From: an uncultured Chloroflexia bacterium
GTDB lineage: Bacteria > Chloroflexota > UBA6077 > JACCZL01
DNA length: 64,000 nt
Direction: 5' to 3'
Assembly (NCBI GenBank): GCA_963765765.1
Contig: CAVXYC010000015.1
Location: forward strand, 288,001-352,000
Below the pieces are notes generated by a model, which was given only the letters and a program-made list of their open reading frames with translations, searched no databases and was not told the origin of the DNA. A program made the position numbers and the translations under genes. Every line of letters begins with the position of its first letter. The stretch's first letter is position 1. Of this stretch, positions 31,568 to 40,672 are shown one piece after another.

Positions 31568-31612
31568 ACCACGTGCAGATCATTGTCGGCCAGACAGTTC
31601 ACTAGCTAACCG

Positions 31613-31654
31613 AACGAAAGGAAAGGGACCTCCGCGGGTCCCTTTCCTTTCGTT
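31613..31654. terminator. Bidirectional hairpin terminator between convergent ORFs
   Basis: AACGAAAGGAAAGGGACC-N6-GGTCCCTTTCCTTTCGTT, 18-bp stem. Confidence 0.8.
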
Positions 31655-32021
31655 ACAAGCTAGCGGCCGCGCCGCGAGCTACGGCTTTGCCCGGCGGTGC
31701 CGGGGCATCCGAGGAATTGCTCGGTGCACTGGGTGGATTGACCGGATTAGACGGTGCGCTTGGCGGATTGACGTTTATCGGCGGCGGGTTGACATTGACG
31801 TTCGGCGGCGCCTGCTGTGCCGGTGGATTCACCTGGACGTTGGTGTTGCTTCCGCCGAAGGCTGAACGGAGTGGTCCAGTAAATAGAAACCACAGGATTC
31901 CGATCAGGAACACAAGGACCAAGAAGACCGTCAGGAAATTTATGCCCGCTGCTGCCGTACGATCTGAGCCCGACGAGGGCGGATCAGTTCCCGGGGTATT
32001 GACATTAATCTGACTCACCAT
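31653..32021 (-). CDS. Small single-TM protein with Pro-rich NVNPP repeats
   Basis: GGAGG RBS; TM FLTVFLVLVFLIGILWFLF; repeated VNPP/NPPSAPS. Confidence 0.7.
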   Translation of the reverse strand: MVSQINVNTPGTDPPSSGSDRTAAAGINFLTVFLVLVFLIGILWFLFTGPLRSAFGGSNTNVQVNPPAQQAPPNVNVNPPPINVNPPSAPSNPVNPPSAPSNSSDAPAPPGKAVARGAAASL

Positions 32022-32107
32022 CACCTCCCGCCGCCTCGGCGGCATTGGAGAGCTCATAGCGCAGGGCGCGTGCCGTCCGGCGGATTTCCAGTCCAGGTAG
32101 CGCGAAA

Positions 32108-32837
32108 TCACCTAGGCCTCGGCCAGCCATCGAGTTTCGCAAAGACGAGTCTTGCCGCTCTGAGAGCCAGATTAGGCTGCGCTGCTCGGCACGAAGCTTG
32201 CACGGCGATTTTCATGATGCCGTCAAACAATGGGGCTGCTGCCGACGGCGGTGAGCTCGTGACTTCAGTCAGCAGCTGCGGTGTCTGCTCCTCATAGGCC
32301 AATGACATCTGGCCCGGGGCATCAACTGGGACACCAGGCGGCGGATATTGCAAACGCACGCGCGCATCGGGCGCGGAGTCGATCGAAACAGGTGTCCAGT
32401 TGAAACGGGCAAGGTTTAATTCAGCCTCCGATCGCGTCTGCCCGACCACGTCGGGCACGACCAGGCCGGAGCTGACGGTGACACGAACCTCGCGAGCCGC
32501 ATTCACGCGCCAGCCGCTCACGGGCGACTGCTGCACGACGACGCCCTCGCGGATACTGATCGCTCGGCCGTTCGCCCAGCACCTGGACCGAAAGCTCAGT
32601 AGACACCGCCCGGTCCTCGGCAACGGTGAGGGGCTGCCCGACAAGCTGCGGAATGGCGTGACCAACGTTCAACGTCGGCCTCGGTAATTGATTAATGAAC
32701 TGCGCAATCGCCATAACGATGATGGCGAAGAAGATGGTGGAGATTGCGATGACTATCGCTGACAACCAGGAGCTCGCTCGGGCTGATCGACTCGCTAAAC
32801 CGCGCACTGGATGTGAGCGTCGAAGCGTTGTGCTCAT
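32108..32837 (-). CDS. Membrane protein with two PASTA domains, frameshifted as assembled
   Basis: TM segment then IPQLVGQ...; second frame has VVQQSPVSG, VPDVVGQTRSEA, QYPPPG. True 3' end uncertain. Confidence 0.65.
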
Positions 32838-33644
32838 GATGTCAATTCGATCGTGAGCGCTTGGGCGGGTTCAGATATAGATGGTCCGTCGCATTGGTCT
32901 GGACAAGTCATTTCTCGATTCCTTCGCGTCTCACAGATGCACGATTCGGACCTTGATGAAAACCGACAGGACAGACGTAGCCTCGTTTGATCAAGATGGG
33001 GTGCACGCGGTATATGTTCGACGTACGAACGGCCCCCAGGCGATCAAGGGACGCCGTGAAATTTGGCAGGCGTTGCGCCTGGACTCATCGCACTGGCGGC
33101 CCTTCGTGCGTTATCGCGGCTGCGCATCGTTGCTCGATTCCTGTTAGCCTGCCGAGCCCGAATCTGCTCGGCGGGAATAGGCACTGGCGCGAGGTGTGCA
33201 TCCCTGGGGACCCTGGGTAGCGCTGTTGTGGCGCATAAGCGCGCTGAGGAAAATGACTGGTGCGCGGTCAAGACGCTACTGAACTCGCACAATGTGGATG
33301 TCCAGCTCGATGGCAATTTCGGCGACCGGATCGATGGAGCCGCAAGCTCCCTTCCACCGAGCCAAGGTCATCACCATCGATGGAATCGTTGGAGATGCCA
33401 CCCGGACAGCCCTGGTTAAATGAATGGCTCTGGAACAGCGTCGTCTCTGGCCCGCTGAGATCAGTAAGCCCGACGGACGCCGGTCGTCTTTGTAGCGGAG
33501 CCCCCCGGCTTTTATATGATTGATACGGGCGCCCGATGCCGGTGACGATTAAACCGGTTACGGAGCCTGACGGCATTTTTCCGCTCGTTCAGGCTCTCCG
33601 TCCCCAAAATAGGTAGTCCGATTCGCGCTGATTTCTCCTAGCTC

Positions 33645-34575
33645 ATGGTGTTTCGTCTATCTGCCAGTGCCGCAGCCGGTAGCCTTGCCCTGGGTCTCGG
33701 CGTGTATGCCACCCGGATTGAGCCGTATCGTCCAGTCCTACGCCGGCTGACACTTTCTGTTCCCGCGAACTGGCCGCGGCTCTCGATTCTCCACCTGAGC
33801 GATATACACGTGCACGCCCGGCCGGATCGCCTGTATCGGGCCCAGGAGCGATTCCTTCGCTCGATTGGTGGACATCCAGACGTGGTGTGTGTCACCGGCG
33901 ACGTGTGTGAGACTCTGCGGGGCGTAGCACGTGCAACGGCGCTCCTCAAGCAGCTTCAGCCGCGTATCGCGACCATCGTGACACTCGGTAACCATGAACA
34001 TGATGCGCCTGTTCCCGTGTGGCAACGGAAGCGAGTGTGGAGTGTTCCCCGCCAGTTAAAGCGCATCCTCTCGCTCCTGGTAGGGCCTCTGGAGCGCAGC
34101 TCGGGTACGGCAGAATCGCGACAGATTGCCGCGGCTTTCCGCGAGGGCCGGACTCGCGGTGCTCGTCAATGAGGGGACGCGGCTTGATGTCGACGGGAGA
34201 TCACTCTGGGTCGCCGGGACAGACTCCACGTGGGCCGGCCGCACGAGGGCTGTGGACGCCGTGAAGGGACGGCGACCCGATGAACCGTGCCTGGCGCTGA
34301 TCCATGAGCCTGAGGGAGTATTCTCGTTCCTGACTCGCGGAGCGGCGGTCATCCTTCCCGGGCACACGCACGGAGGGCAGGTCAGAATACCGTTTGGGAA
34401 CGCTCTCTACAGCCACCGCATGGACCCGCGTATCCGAATTGCCTCCGGACTCCAACGATTCGGATCGAGCCATCTCCATATCTCCCCCGGTCTGGGCCAA
34501 AATTTCCCTCTTCGATTCAATTGCCCGCCGGAGGCAGCGTGGATCGACTGCGTCCCGACCTCTCCGGTCGCCTAG
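33645..34575 (+). CDS. Metallophosphoesterase (YkuE-like); frameshift near 34145
   Basis: LSDIH, TGD, LGNHE, HEP, GHTHGGQ, RFNCPPE. Confidence 0.88.
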
Positions 34576-34670
34576 TTGCCTATTGCATGGAGCCGATATT
34601 CGCCGCATGCTTCTCGGGCCGAAGCCTTGTTTAGGCTGGCGGATCAGACGGGCGAACGTGCGCTCTTCGC

Positions 34671-35123
34671 TTGGTCCGTTTCGCCGTACCGAAGCCATGC
34701 GGTTCTCCGAGGACTCGCGTCCTCCATCTTGGATTAAAGCATCTTGATGGTCGAAGGGTCGTAGAAGGGCAGATCTTCGACGACCATGTTATTTACAAGC
34801 TAATCCGAGAGATAGTCTCCGTCGACGCAGAAAGCAGCTCACTGCATCTTCGTCTCGGCGTAGACGACGCCGCTGGACTGTTCTTCTACGAACAGTTCGT
34901 CGGCGCAGACCGGACAGTCCCTCCATCGTGGTATTCAGTGCCTCTGCCGAATCTTCTCGCTCAGTTCATTGTGATGTATGGACCGCCGATAGTGGTGCGC
35001 TACAAGCCCCATCGGTGGGGTGCTATGTTGGATGGAAGGAATTCTCGGCTTCTGCCCGTCATCGAAAATGTTCTGCCGTCGCGGAGCGAGGTGGCCGAAC
35101 CCTTGTTCTCAATCATCTGCTAG
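34671..35123 (+). CDS. Hypothetical protein (island cargo)
   Basis: 150-aa ORF with no motif; start uncertain. Confidence 0.35.
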   Translation: MVRFAVPKPCGSPRTRVLHLGLKHLDGRRVVEGQIFDDHVIYKLIREIVSVDAESSSLHLRLGVDDAAGLFFYEQFVGADRTVPPSWYSVPLPNLLAQFIVMYGPPIVVRYKPHRWGAMLDGRNSRLLPVIENVLPSRSEVAEPLFSIIC

Positions 35124-35411
35124 AGCGTCGAGTGATGTTCTTGGGGGAGATGCGTTGGAGCAAGATGCATCATCTTGAAACACCCTGGATTGGTGCAGGC
35201 GCCTAGACGCCTTTTAGCAGGATATGGTGTGGTCCGCTGAATCACATGACGGTGTCGCGTTAGCGTCGATAGGCGAAGGCACGGCGTACTCCAAGGCGTT
35301 GTTCGCGTTCCAGGTACTTGATTCGCAATAGTCCCAGCATCCGTGCGGTCCAACCTGAGAATTCCCGGCATTCGACCCGAATAACAGCGGATTGGTTGGC
35401 CATGCTGGGCA

Positions 35412-35825
35412 TCACAAGCGAAAGATGCGGACCCGATAGCGAGCGCTAGTGGCCTCTACCTGCTTGTAATGCACTTCCTTAATTTGTCGGTCATTCTGAT
35501 ACAGGGCTACAGTCCTTAGTGGCCCGCGATGCTCAAGCACGCCGCGTCGATCCTTGACTTCAAGTACGTCGGCAACGCCCACGAGATAATTTGTAGCGTC
35601 CCAAGGGTCCAAGTCTGGTGATGCAAAAGAGTGACCTCAAGTCCGATCGGACCTTGGAGTGGTTGCCACCCGTTCTCGGCGATGGCCTGACGAGCTGACT
35701 CCAAAAGCTTTAGCACACGCGAGGCGTGGGAGTGTCCCATACCGAGCATCGATAAAGCCTCATTCTTGGCTGGTGGAAACCCCATTCACCTCAAGGCTAA
35801 GCTTATCCACTCGAACGTGGTCCAT
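35412..35825 (-). pseudogene. RusA-like protein, frameshifted as assembled
   Basis: Joined frames give MDHVRVDKLSLEVNGFPPAKNEA...GPIGLEVTL...DATNYLVGVADVLE...LYQNDRQIKEV...YRVRI. Confidence 0.5.
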
Positions 35826-35999
35826 GGTTGCTGTCTTGACTATCGCCGCCACGCTCTCTGGATATGCATTGCTGTTGCGACATGCGCCAGACCACGACGG
35901 CTCCGTTGTTTCGGTTCTCCACCCACGCTTCTAGCATGGCCCTGAGCCGGTCGCACAGGGATATTTAATGGCGGCGTTCGTTCTACCGCGCCACGCGCG

Positions 36000-36233
36000 T
36001 CAACGCATCTCGCCCCCCGCCCGCTCCACCCCTTCCAGCGGATGCCACTGGGCCCGGCATCTCAGGCACGGGCACTCACCGTCGCATCCGGAGATCCAGT
36101 CGTGGCCGCAGACGAGGCACATCCTGTCCAGGCCCCATTCGTCGTCCCACTCACGAAAGCGCCCATCCTCCGTCATCGCCGCATCCTCGTAAGAACGGCT
36201 CGCTATCTCTAATTCAGAGCTATCCATCGCCAT
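36000..36233 (-). CDS. Small acidic Cys-rich hypothetical protein
   Basis: CLVCGH...CDGECPCLRC; GGAG just upstream of the ATG. Confidence 0.4.
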   Translation of the reverse strand: MAMDSSELEIASRSYEDAAMTEDGRFREWDDEWGLDRMCLVCGHDWISGCDGECPCLRCRAQWHPLEGVERAGGEMR

Positions 36234-36908
36234 CTCCACAGGGTGCGTCGGGCCCGCAATCACGCCTGCCTGGTTTCGACTAGTCAGACCGCCAACGCGT
36301 GCACCTGCCCGATCAGCCGGTCGCCCCGAGATCCACAACCCCAGCTGCGCCACGCCACCAATCGCGAGACCGATGGCCATCAACTTCTTGGGAACAATCA
36401 ATCAATCAACTCCAAAATCCGCTACCCGCGCCTTAACGCACAATGCCGATCAGGACCGGGGTACTACCAACCGTTGCGAGGACGAGGTTCCTGGAGACGG
36501 TGGCGTGATCTATCGCGCCACGAACGGCTCCTCGCCTCACTTCGTATGTATTCATCGACGCGCCAGCCTCGGATGGCGTTCCAATTCCCTCAACTTAGAC
36601 CCGTCGCCGAGCCATAGTTCTCTTGGGAGGCGCTGAAGACCTTCAGATGATGCTGACCGAGGAGTTGTCGCCGCTCGAGCAGATGTGGGAGTGGCGCAAC
36701 TAACCGGCAACCCCTTTCGGCATTGTCCCAGTGGGAACATTGGACAAGGCGTAGTCAAGTCGGCCGAGGCGTTACCTTCTGATCGTGACCGTGGTGTGCC
36801 AGTGAGCGAGATATGTCGCATATGTCGCTTTTCCCCCAGAGTGTCGACGAAACTTGTTGTCGCGTCTTCATGCCACATAGAAACGTTTCAATGTGATCCA
36901 ATGAGCCC

Positions 36909-37097
36909 ATGACGGATGAACGCGGAAGCGAGCTAGGGCGACAGTTGGTGGCGCGTCGACGCATTGTCGAGCGACCGTGCGTCGTGTGCGGGACCACCAT
37001 TAGCGGAACGGTGAGGCGTCAATACTGCTCTAATCGATGCCGGGTGGCCGCATACACGAAGCGGAAGCGCGAACAGCGGACGAAGGAGACCAGCTGA
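36909..37097 (+). CDS. Small basic zinc-finger protein coupled to the integrase
   Basis: CVVCG-x9-YCSNRCR; its stop overlaps the integrase ATG (TGATG). Confidence 0.7.
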   Translation: MTDERGSELGRQLVARRRIVERPCVVCGTTISGTVRRQYCSNRCRVAAYTKRKREQRTKETS

Positions 37098-38236
37098 TGG
37101 CTGGACGACGCGGTCACGGGGAAGGTTCAATCTACCAGCGGCAAGACGGACGTTGGGTCGCAGTTCTGGATCTCGGTTTGAAGGAAGGAAAGCGACGACG
37201 CAAATCGCTCTACGCGTCCACTCGACGCGAGGCGCAAGAGGCCCTTAGCAAGGCGCATCATCAGCAGTTCGCAGGAAGCCTCGCCACAGGCCCGCGATTA
37301 ACGGTTGAGCGCTACGTTCAGCAATGGCTCGAAGAGTCTGTTCGTCATAGAGTCAAACCTAGGACTTTTTCGAGCTACAACCAGCTAGTACGACTTCACG
37401 TTGCCCCAGGGCTGGGCAAGTTGCAATTGGCGAAGCTTCAAGCGAAGGACTTGCAGCATTTCTACAGCAAGAAACTGGAGACTCTATCGCCGCGGACCGT
37501 CGAGTATCTTCACGCGATTATCCATCGGGCGCTCAAGGAGGCCGAACGCCTGGACCTCGTTAGCAGAAATGTGGCTGATCTAGTAAGCCCTCCTCGTCCA
37601 ACCCGAAAGTCGGTGCGATTCCTGGCACCGCGCGAAGTGGAAGCGTTTCTCGCCGCGGTCAGTGCCGATCGGCTCGGGCCACTGTTCACGGTTGCCCTAT
37701 TTACGGGGTTACGACAGGGAGAATTGCTCGGTTTGAGATGGCCCGACGTGGATTTGTCAACTCAATCCTTGACGGTCGGTCAAACACTGCAACTCATCGA
37801 TGGAAAGTTAGTCTTCGGTCAACCAAAGAGTGGTACATCACGACGCACCGTGCCATTGACGCCCCAGGCATGCGAAGCTCTGCGGGCTTGGCGGACAACG
37901 CAAGTCCAGTCTCAACTTCAAGCCGGGCCAGCGTGGCATGAGTCAGGGCTCGTGTTCACATCAGAGATTGGAACGCCGTTGTTCGCTCGAAATGTCACAA
38001 GGCGACTACACAAACTCGTTCAAGCTGCTGGGTTAGTAGATATCAAGTTCCACGAGCTTCGTCACTCGACCGCAAGTCTTCTTATTGCCGCCGGGGAGCA
38101 ACTGAAGGTCGTGCAAGAGATCCTAGGACATAGCCAGATCAGTGTGACTGCGGATTACTACAGCCATCTGGCACCAGGGCTGAAGGAAAGTGCGATGAGC
38201 CGACTCGATGCACTGGTGCGTTCCCAAGCCCGCTAG
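37097..38236 (+). CDS. int: Tyrosine recombinase/site-specific integrase
   Basis: N-terminal RRGHGEGSIYQR arm-binding domain; TGLRQGE, PKS, FHELRH, LGHS and YYSH catalytic residues. Confidence 0.96.
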   Translation: MAGRRGHGEGSIYQRQDGRWVAVLDLGLKEGKRRRKSLYASTRREAQEALSKAHHQQFAGSLATGPRLTVERYVQQWLEESVRHRVKPRTFSSYNQLVRLHVAPGLGKLQLAKLQAKDLQHFYSKKLETLSPRTVEYLHAIIHRALKEAERLDLVSRNVADLVSPPRPTRKSVRFLAPREVEAFLAAVSADRLGPLFTVALFTGLRQGELLGLRWPDVDLSTQSLTVGQTLQLIDGKLVFGQPKSGTSRRTVPLTPQACEALRAWRTTQVQSQLQAGPAWHESGLVFTSEIGTPLFARNVTRRLHKLVQAAGLVDIKFHELRHSTASLLIAAGEQLKVVQEILGHSQISVTADYYSHLAPGLKESAMSRLDALVRSQAR

Positions 38237-38275
38237 TTCTCCCCACCGGGCGAACTGCGGCCACGAGCGTCACTG

Positions 38276-38602
38276 TTAATCGCGACTCCGGTCGTCGTCC
38301 CCAGGGGAAGGGCCAAGTAATCGATTCATTGCTTCCGTCGCGTGCGCCACGGTGCGGGTCTCCGGAGGATAGACTCCCTGGACGGCATCACTCGGCGCAA
38401 TAAGCTGACCGTCGCGTTCCAGCAGAGCGGAGCGGCGTAGCAACAATCCCGTACCAACTCGAAACCGCCAAGACTCCGCAACGACATCCGCGAGAACCCA
38501 CTCACGGGCGACGTCAGTCACGACTGCATCGACGAATCGACGGATCGAATGGCCGGGAGACGGAGCGATTCGCACGAGCTTCCCACGCCTGGGTTTGACC
38601 AC
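38276..38602 (-). CDS. Hypothetical protein between integrase and tRNA
   Basis: 108-aa ORF, no motif. Confidence 0.35.
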   Translation of the reverse strand: MVKPRRGKLVRIAPSPGHSIRRFVDAVVTDVAREWVLADVVAESWRFRVGTGLLLRRSALLERDGQLIAPSDAVQGVYPPETRTVAHATEAMNRLLGPSPGDDDRSRD

Positions 38603-38621
38603 GACGACCCCTAAATCGCGG

Positions 38622-38645
38622 CTTTGGCTGTCACTTTGGCTGGCA
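38622..38645. promoter_or_regulatory. Tandem 12-mer, candidate integrase arm-type binding sites
   Basis: CTTTGGCTGTCA CTTTGGCTGGCA, about 60 bp from the tRNA 3' end. Confidence 0.5.
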
Positions 38646-38705
38646 AAATGTCAAAGCCTGGCGACTCGCGTCAACCAGGCCTTGAAATTCGAGATTAGAA
38701 ACCGG

Positions 38706-38778
38706 TGAGCCGCCGGGGACTCGAACCCCGAACCGGCTGATTAAGAGTCAGCTGCTCTGCCAGTTGAGCTAGCGGCCC
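38706..38778 (-). tRNA. tRNA-Lys (anticodon CTT)
   Basis: GGGCCGCTAGCTCAACTGGCAGAGCAGCTGACT-CTT-AATCAGCCGGTTCGGGGTTCGAGTCCCCGGCGGCTCA folds as a cloverleaf; CCA not fully encoded. Confidence 0.97.
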
Positions 38779-38784
38779 GGGGAG

Positions 38785-38814
38785 ATGATACGGGATGCGC
38801 GACGGGTGCGCCAA
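38785..38814 (-). promoter_or_regulatory. Putative tRNA promoter
   Basis: TTGGCG-N18-TATCAT, 6 nt before the tRNA 5' end. Confidence 0.5.
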
Positions 38815-39455
38815 ACGTGGGATGGTGCGCGGTGGTGCCGATTGGCGGGTATTCGGGCGGTCTGGCGGGACGCTCGTTGTGCGGTGGTGTCGGCCGTTTG
38901 CCCGACTAACGTGGCTTGTTTGGTCGAATGAGCTTGCGGGTTGAGTGCGAGCTTACGGTCGGGCAGGATGCCCGACACCACCGGGAATGCGATGCTCGAT
39001 GAGGTCTAGGGTGGCGGTTTTGGCGGCGCTGCGCGTGCGGGCGGGATGCCCGGGGTTACGGTTTGGCTGAGGTGGTGTAGTTATGGTCGCAACGAACGTG
39101 AGCCTATCCATCGGCCGGTAATCGTCGGCGTCGGCTTGTGTGCCCACACCGATGTGGCGCGATCGCTCGATTGGGGAATGTGGCGCAGCACCTGCACCGG
39201 CCCAGCCCGGGTGAGCTGGCGCACTCAAGCGGCGCTGTGGGAGAAGCCGGTGAGACGTGTTGGGCGCCACTTACGCGCTGGATCCCTCTCCAAGCATTTT
39301 GGGCGGGACTCCGATGCTGATGCAGCAATTGTTGCCACCGAGACTGGACAGCCAGAGACGGCTGCCCCACCGAGGCGCTCGGCCAGCGGAGGTCAATTTT
39401 CGCTCGCGGCGCTATGTGCTACGCTCTCAGCAATCAGCCCCGATGGAGTCGGCAT

Positions 39456-39950
39456 ATGACCGATACGATGGAACGGCCCATCCTGAAGCCGGGCGAGGAA
39501 TGGGTCTGGGACTACCCTCAGCCCGCGTTTATTGAGGATTCAACACGTCACGTGCGGGTTGTCTTCAATGACGTGGTCATCGCGGATACGCGGCGGGCCA
39601 AGCGCGTATGCGAGCAGGGGCAGCCGCCCGTTTTCTACATTCCGCCAGACGACGTAAAGATGGAATATCTGCAGGGGTCGGATCTCAGCACCACTTGACC
39701 ATGGCGAGGGCAGGCAGTGTACTTCACCGTTCAGGTGAACGACCGCGCTGCTGCCAACGGGGTATGGTCATACCCCAATCCCATTCCGGACGCCGAGCCG
39801 GTTCGAGATTACCTGGCGTTTTATCCAGGTAGGATGGACGCGTGCTTCGTCGATGACGAGCTCGTGAACAGCCAGGGCAGTGAATACTACGGCGGCTGGG
39901 TCATTGAAGGTATCGTCGGGCCATTCAAGAAGCGTCCCGGCGAGAAGTAG
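39456..39950 (+). CDS. DUF427 family protein with an in-frame TGA at the conserved Cys; probable selenoprotein (164 aa, Sec81)
   Basis: Both ORF halves are in the same frame: WVWDYPQP, IADTRRA, PVFYIPPDDV, TT-TGA-PWRGQAVYF, WSYPNP, LAFYPG, YYGGW, GPFK. Confidence 0.8.
39709..39755 (+). promoter_or_regulatory. Candidate bacterial SECIS element
   Basis: GGCA-G-GCAGUGU-AC-UUCACC-[GUUCA]-GGUGAA-CGACC-GCGCUGC-UGCC. The stem starts after a 10-nt spacer and the GU-initiated apical loop after 30 nt from the UGA. Confidence 0.65.
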
Positions 39951-40004
39951 CAATTTAGAGAACGCTCAAAAGAGGACTGGAAGTCACATTCGTCACTCGA
40001 CATC

Positions 40005-40039
40005 GGGCGGTGCGCTGATCTGACGCATCGCCTGTTTTT
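40005..40039 (+). terminator. Intrinsic terminator after the DUF427 gene
   Basis: GGGCGGTGCG-N9-CGCATCGCCT followed by GTTTTT. Confidence 0.65.
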
Positions 40040-40056
40040 ATCAGGGAACAGACACT

Positions 40057-40587
40057 ATGGCCGATTTCCCTACAACCCGTGACGAAGCGCTGACCGCGAT
40101 TGAGCGAGCACGCGCTGCATTCAAGCAGGCATACAAAGATGTTCCCGACGCGGCGTTACGCTACCTCCCCGAGGGCGATGATTATTCGCTCGGTGGGCTC
40201 ATCGTCCACGTGGCGAACGCCATGGAGAACTATGTGACGGTACTTGACCGGATGAAGGCTGAGAGCTTCAGACGAATGAAAGCAGCCGAGGGCTCAGGCG
40301 AAACGCCCGAAATGCTGAAGGCGTTGAAGCACGGCTTTGATGGTCCGGAGCGCGCCAGGCATTGGTCCCGGCTCGATATCGTGCACGCGGCACTGGTGAA
40401 TAATGTGAACGCTCTGGGCGATCAAGACTTCGGCCGCACCGCACCCATTCTCTTTGGCGCCGCCACCGAGCCGCTGGACACGAACGCCGCCATGATCATG
40501 GGCTGGATGATCGACCACTACCGCGACCACGTCAGTCAAGTGCGAGACATGCTGGCGGAGTGGCAGGCGGACGAGCAGCCGACTTAG
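40057..40587 (+). CDS. DinB superfamily protein
   Basis: YSLGGLIVHV and DHYRDHVSQV His triad; helical four-helix-bundle pattern. Confidence 0.8.
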   Translation: MADFPTTRDEALTAIERARAAFKQAYKDVPDAALRYLPEGDDYSLGGLIVHVANAMENYVTVLDRMKAESFRRMKAAEGSGETPEMLKALKHGFDGPERARHWSRLDIVHAALVNNVNALGDQDFGRTAPILFGAATEPLDTNAAMIMGWMIDHYRDHVSQVRDMLAEWQADEQPT

Positions 40588-40672
40588 GATCGGAGGCTGG
40601 CTGGTGTTTGCGCTGTGTCAGACTTTGTGCGCGGGAGGAACCGCACCCTTACGGGATGCGGCTCTGTCTCGG

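Noticed and set aside
38815-39440. ORFs or an ncRNA between the tRNA promoter and the DUF427 gene
   Set aside because: No motif, convincing RBS or recognisable RNA structure was found by eye.
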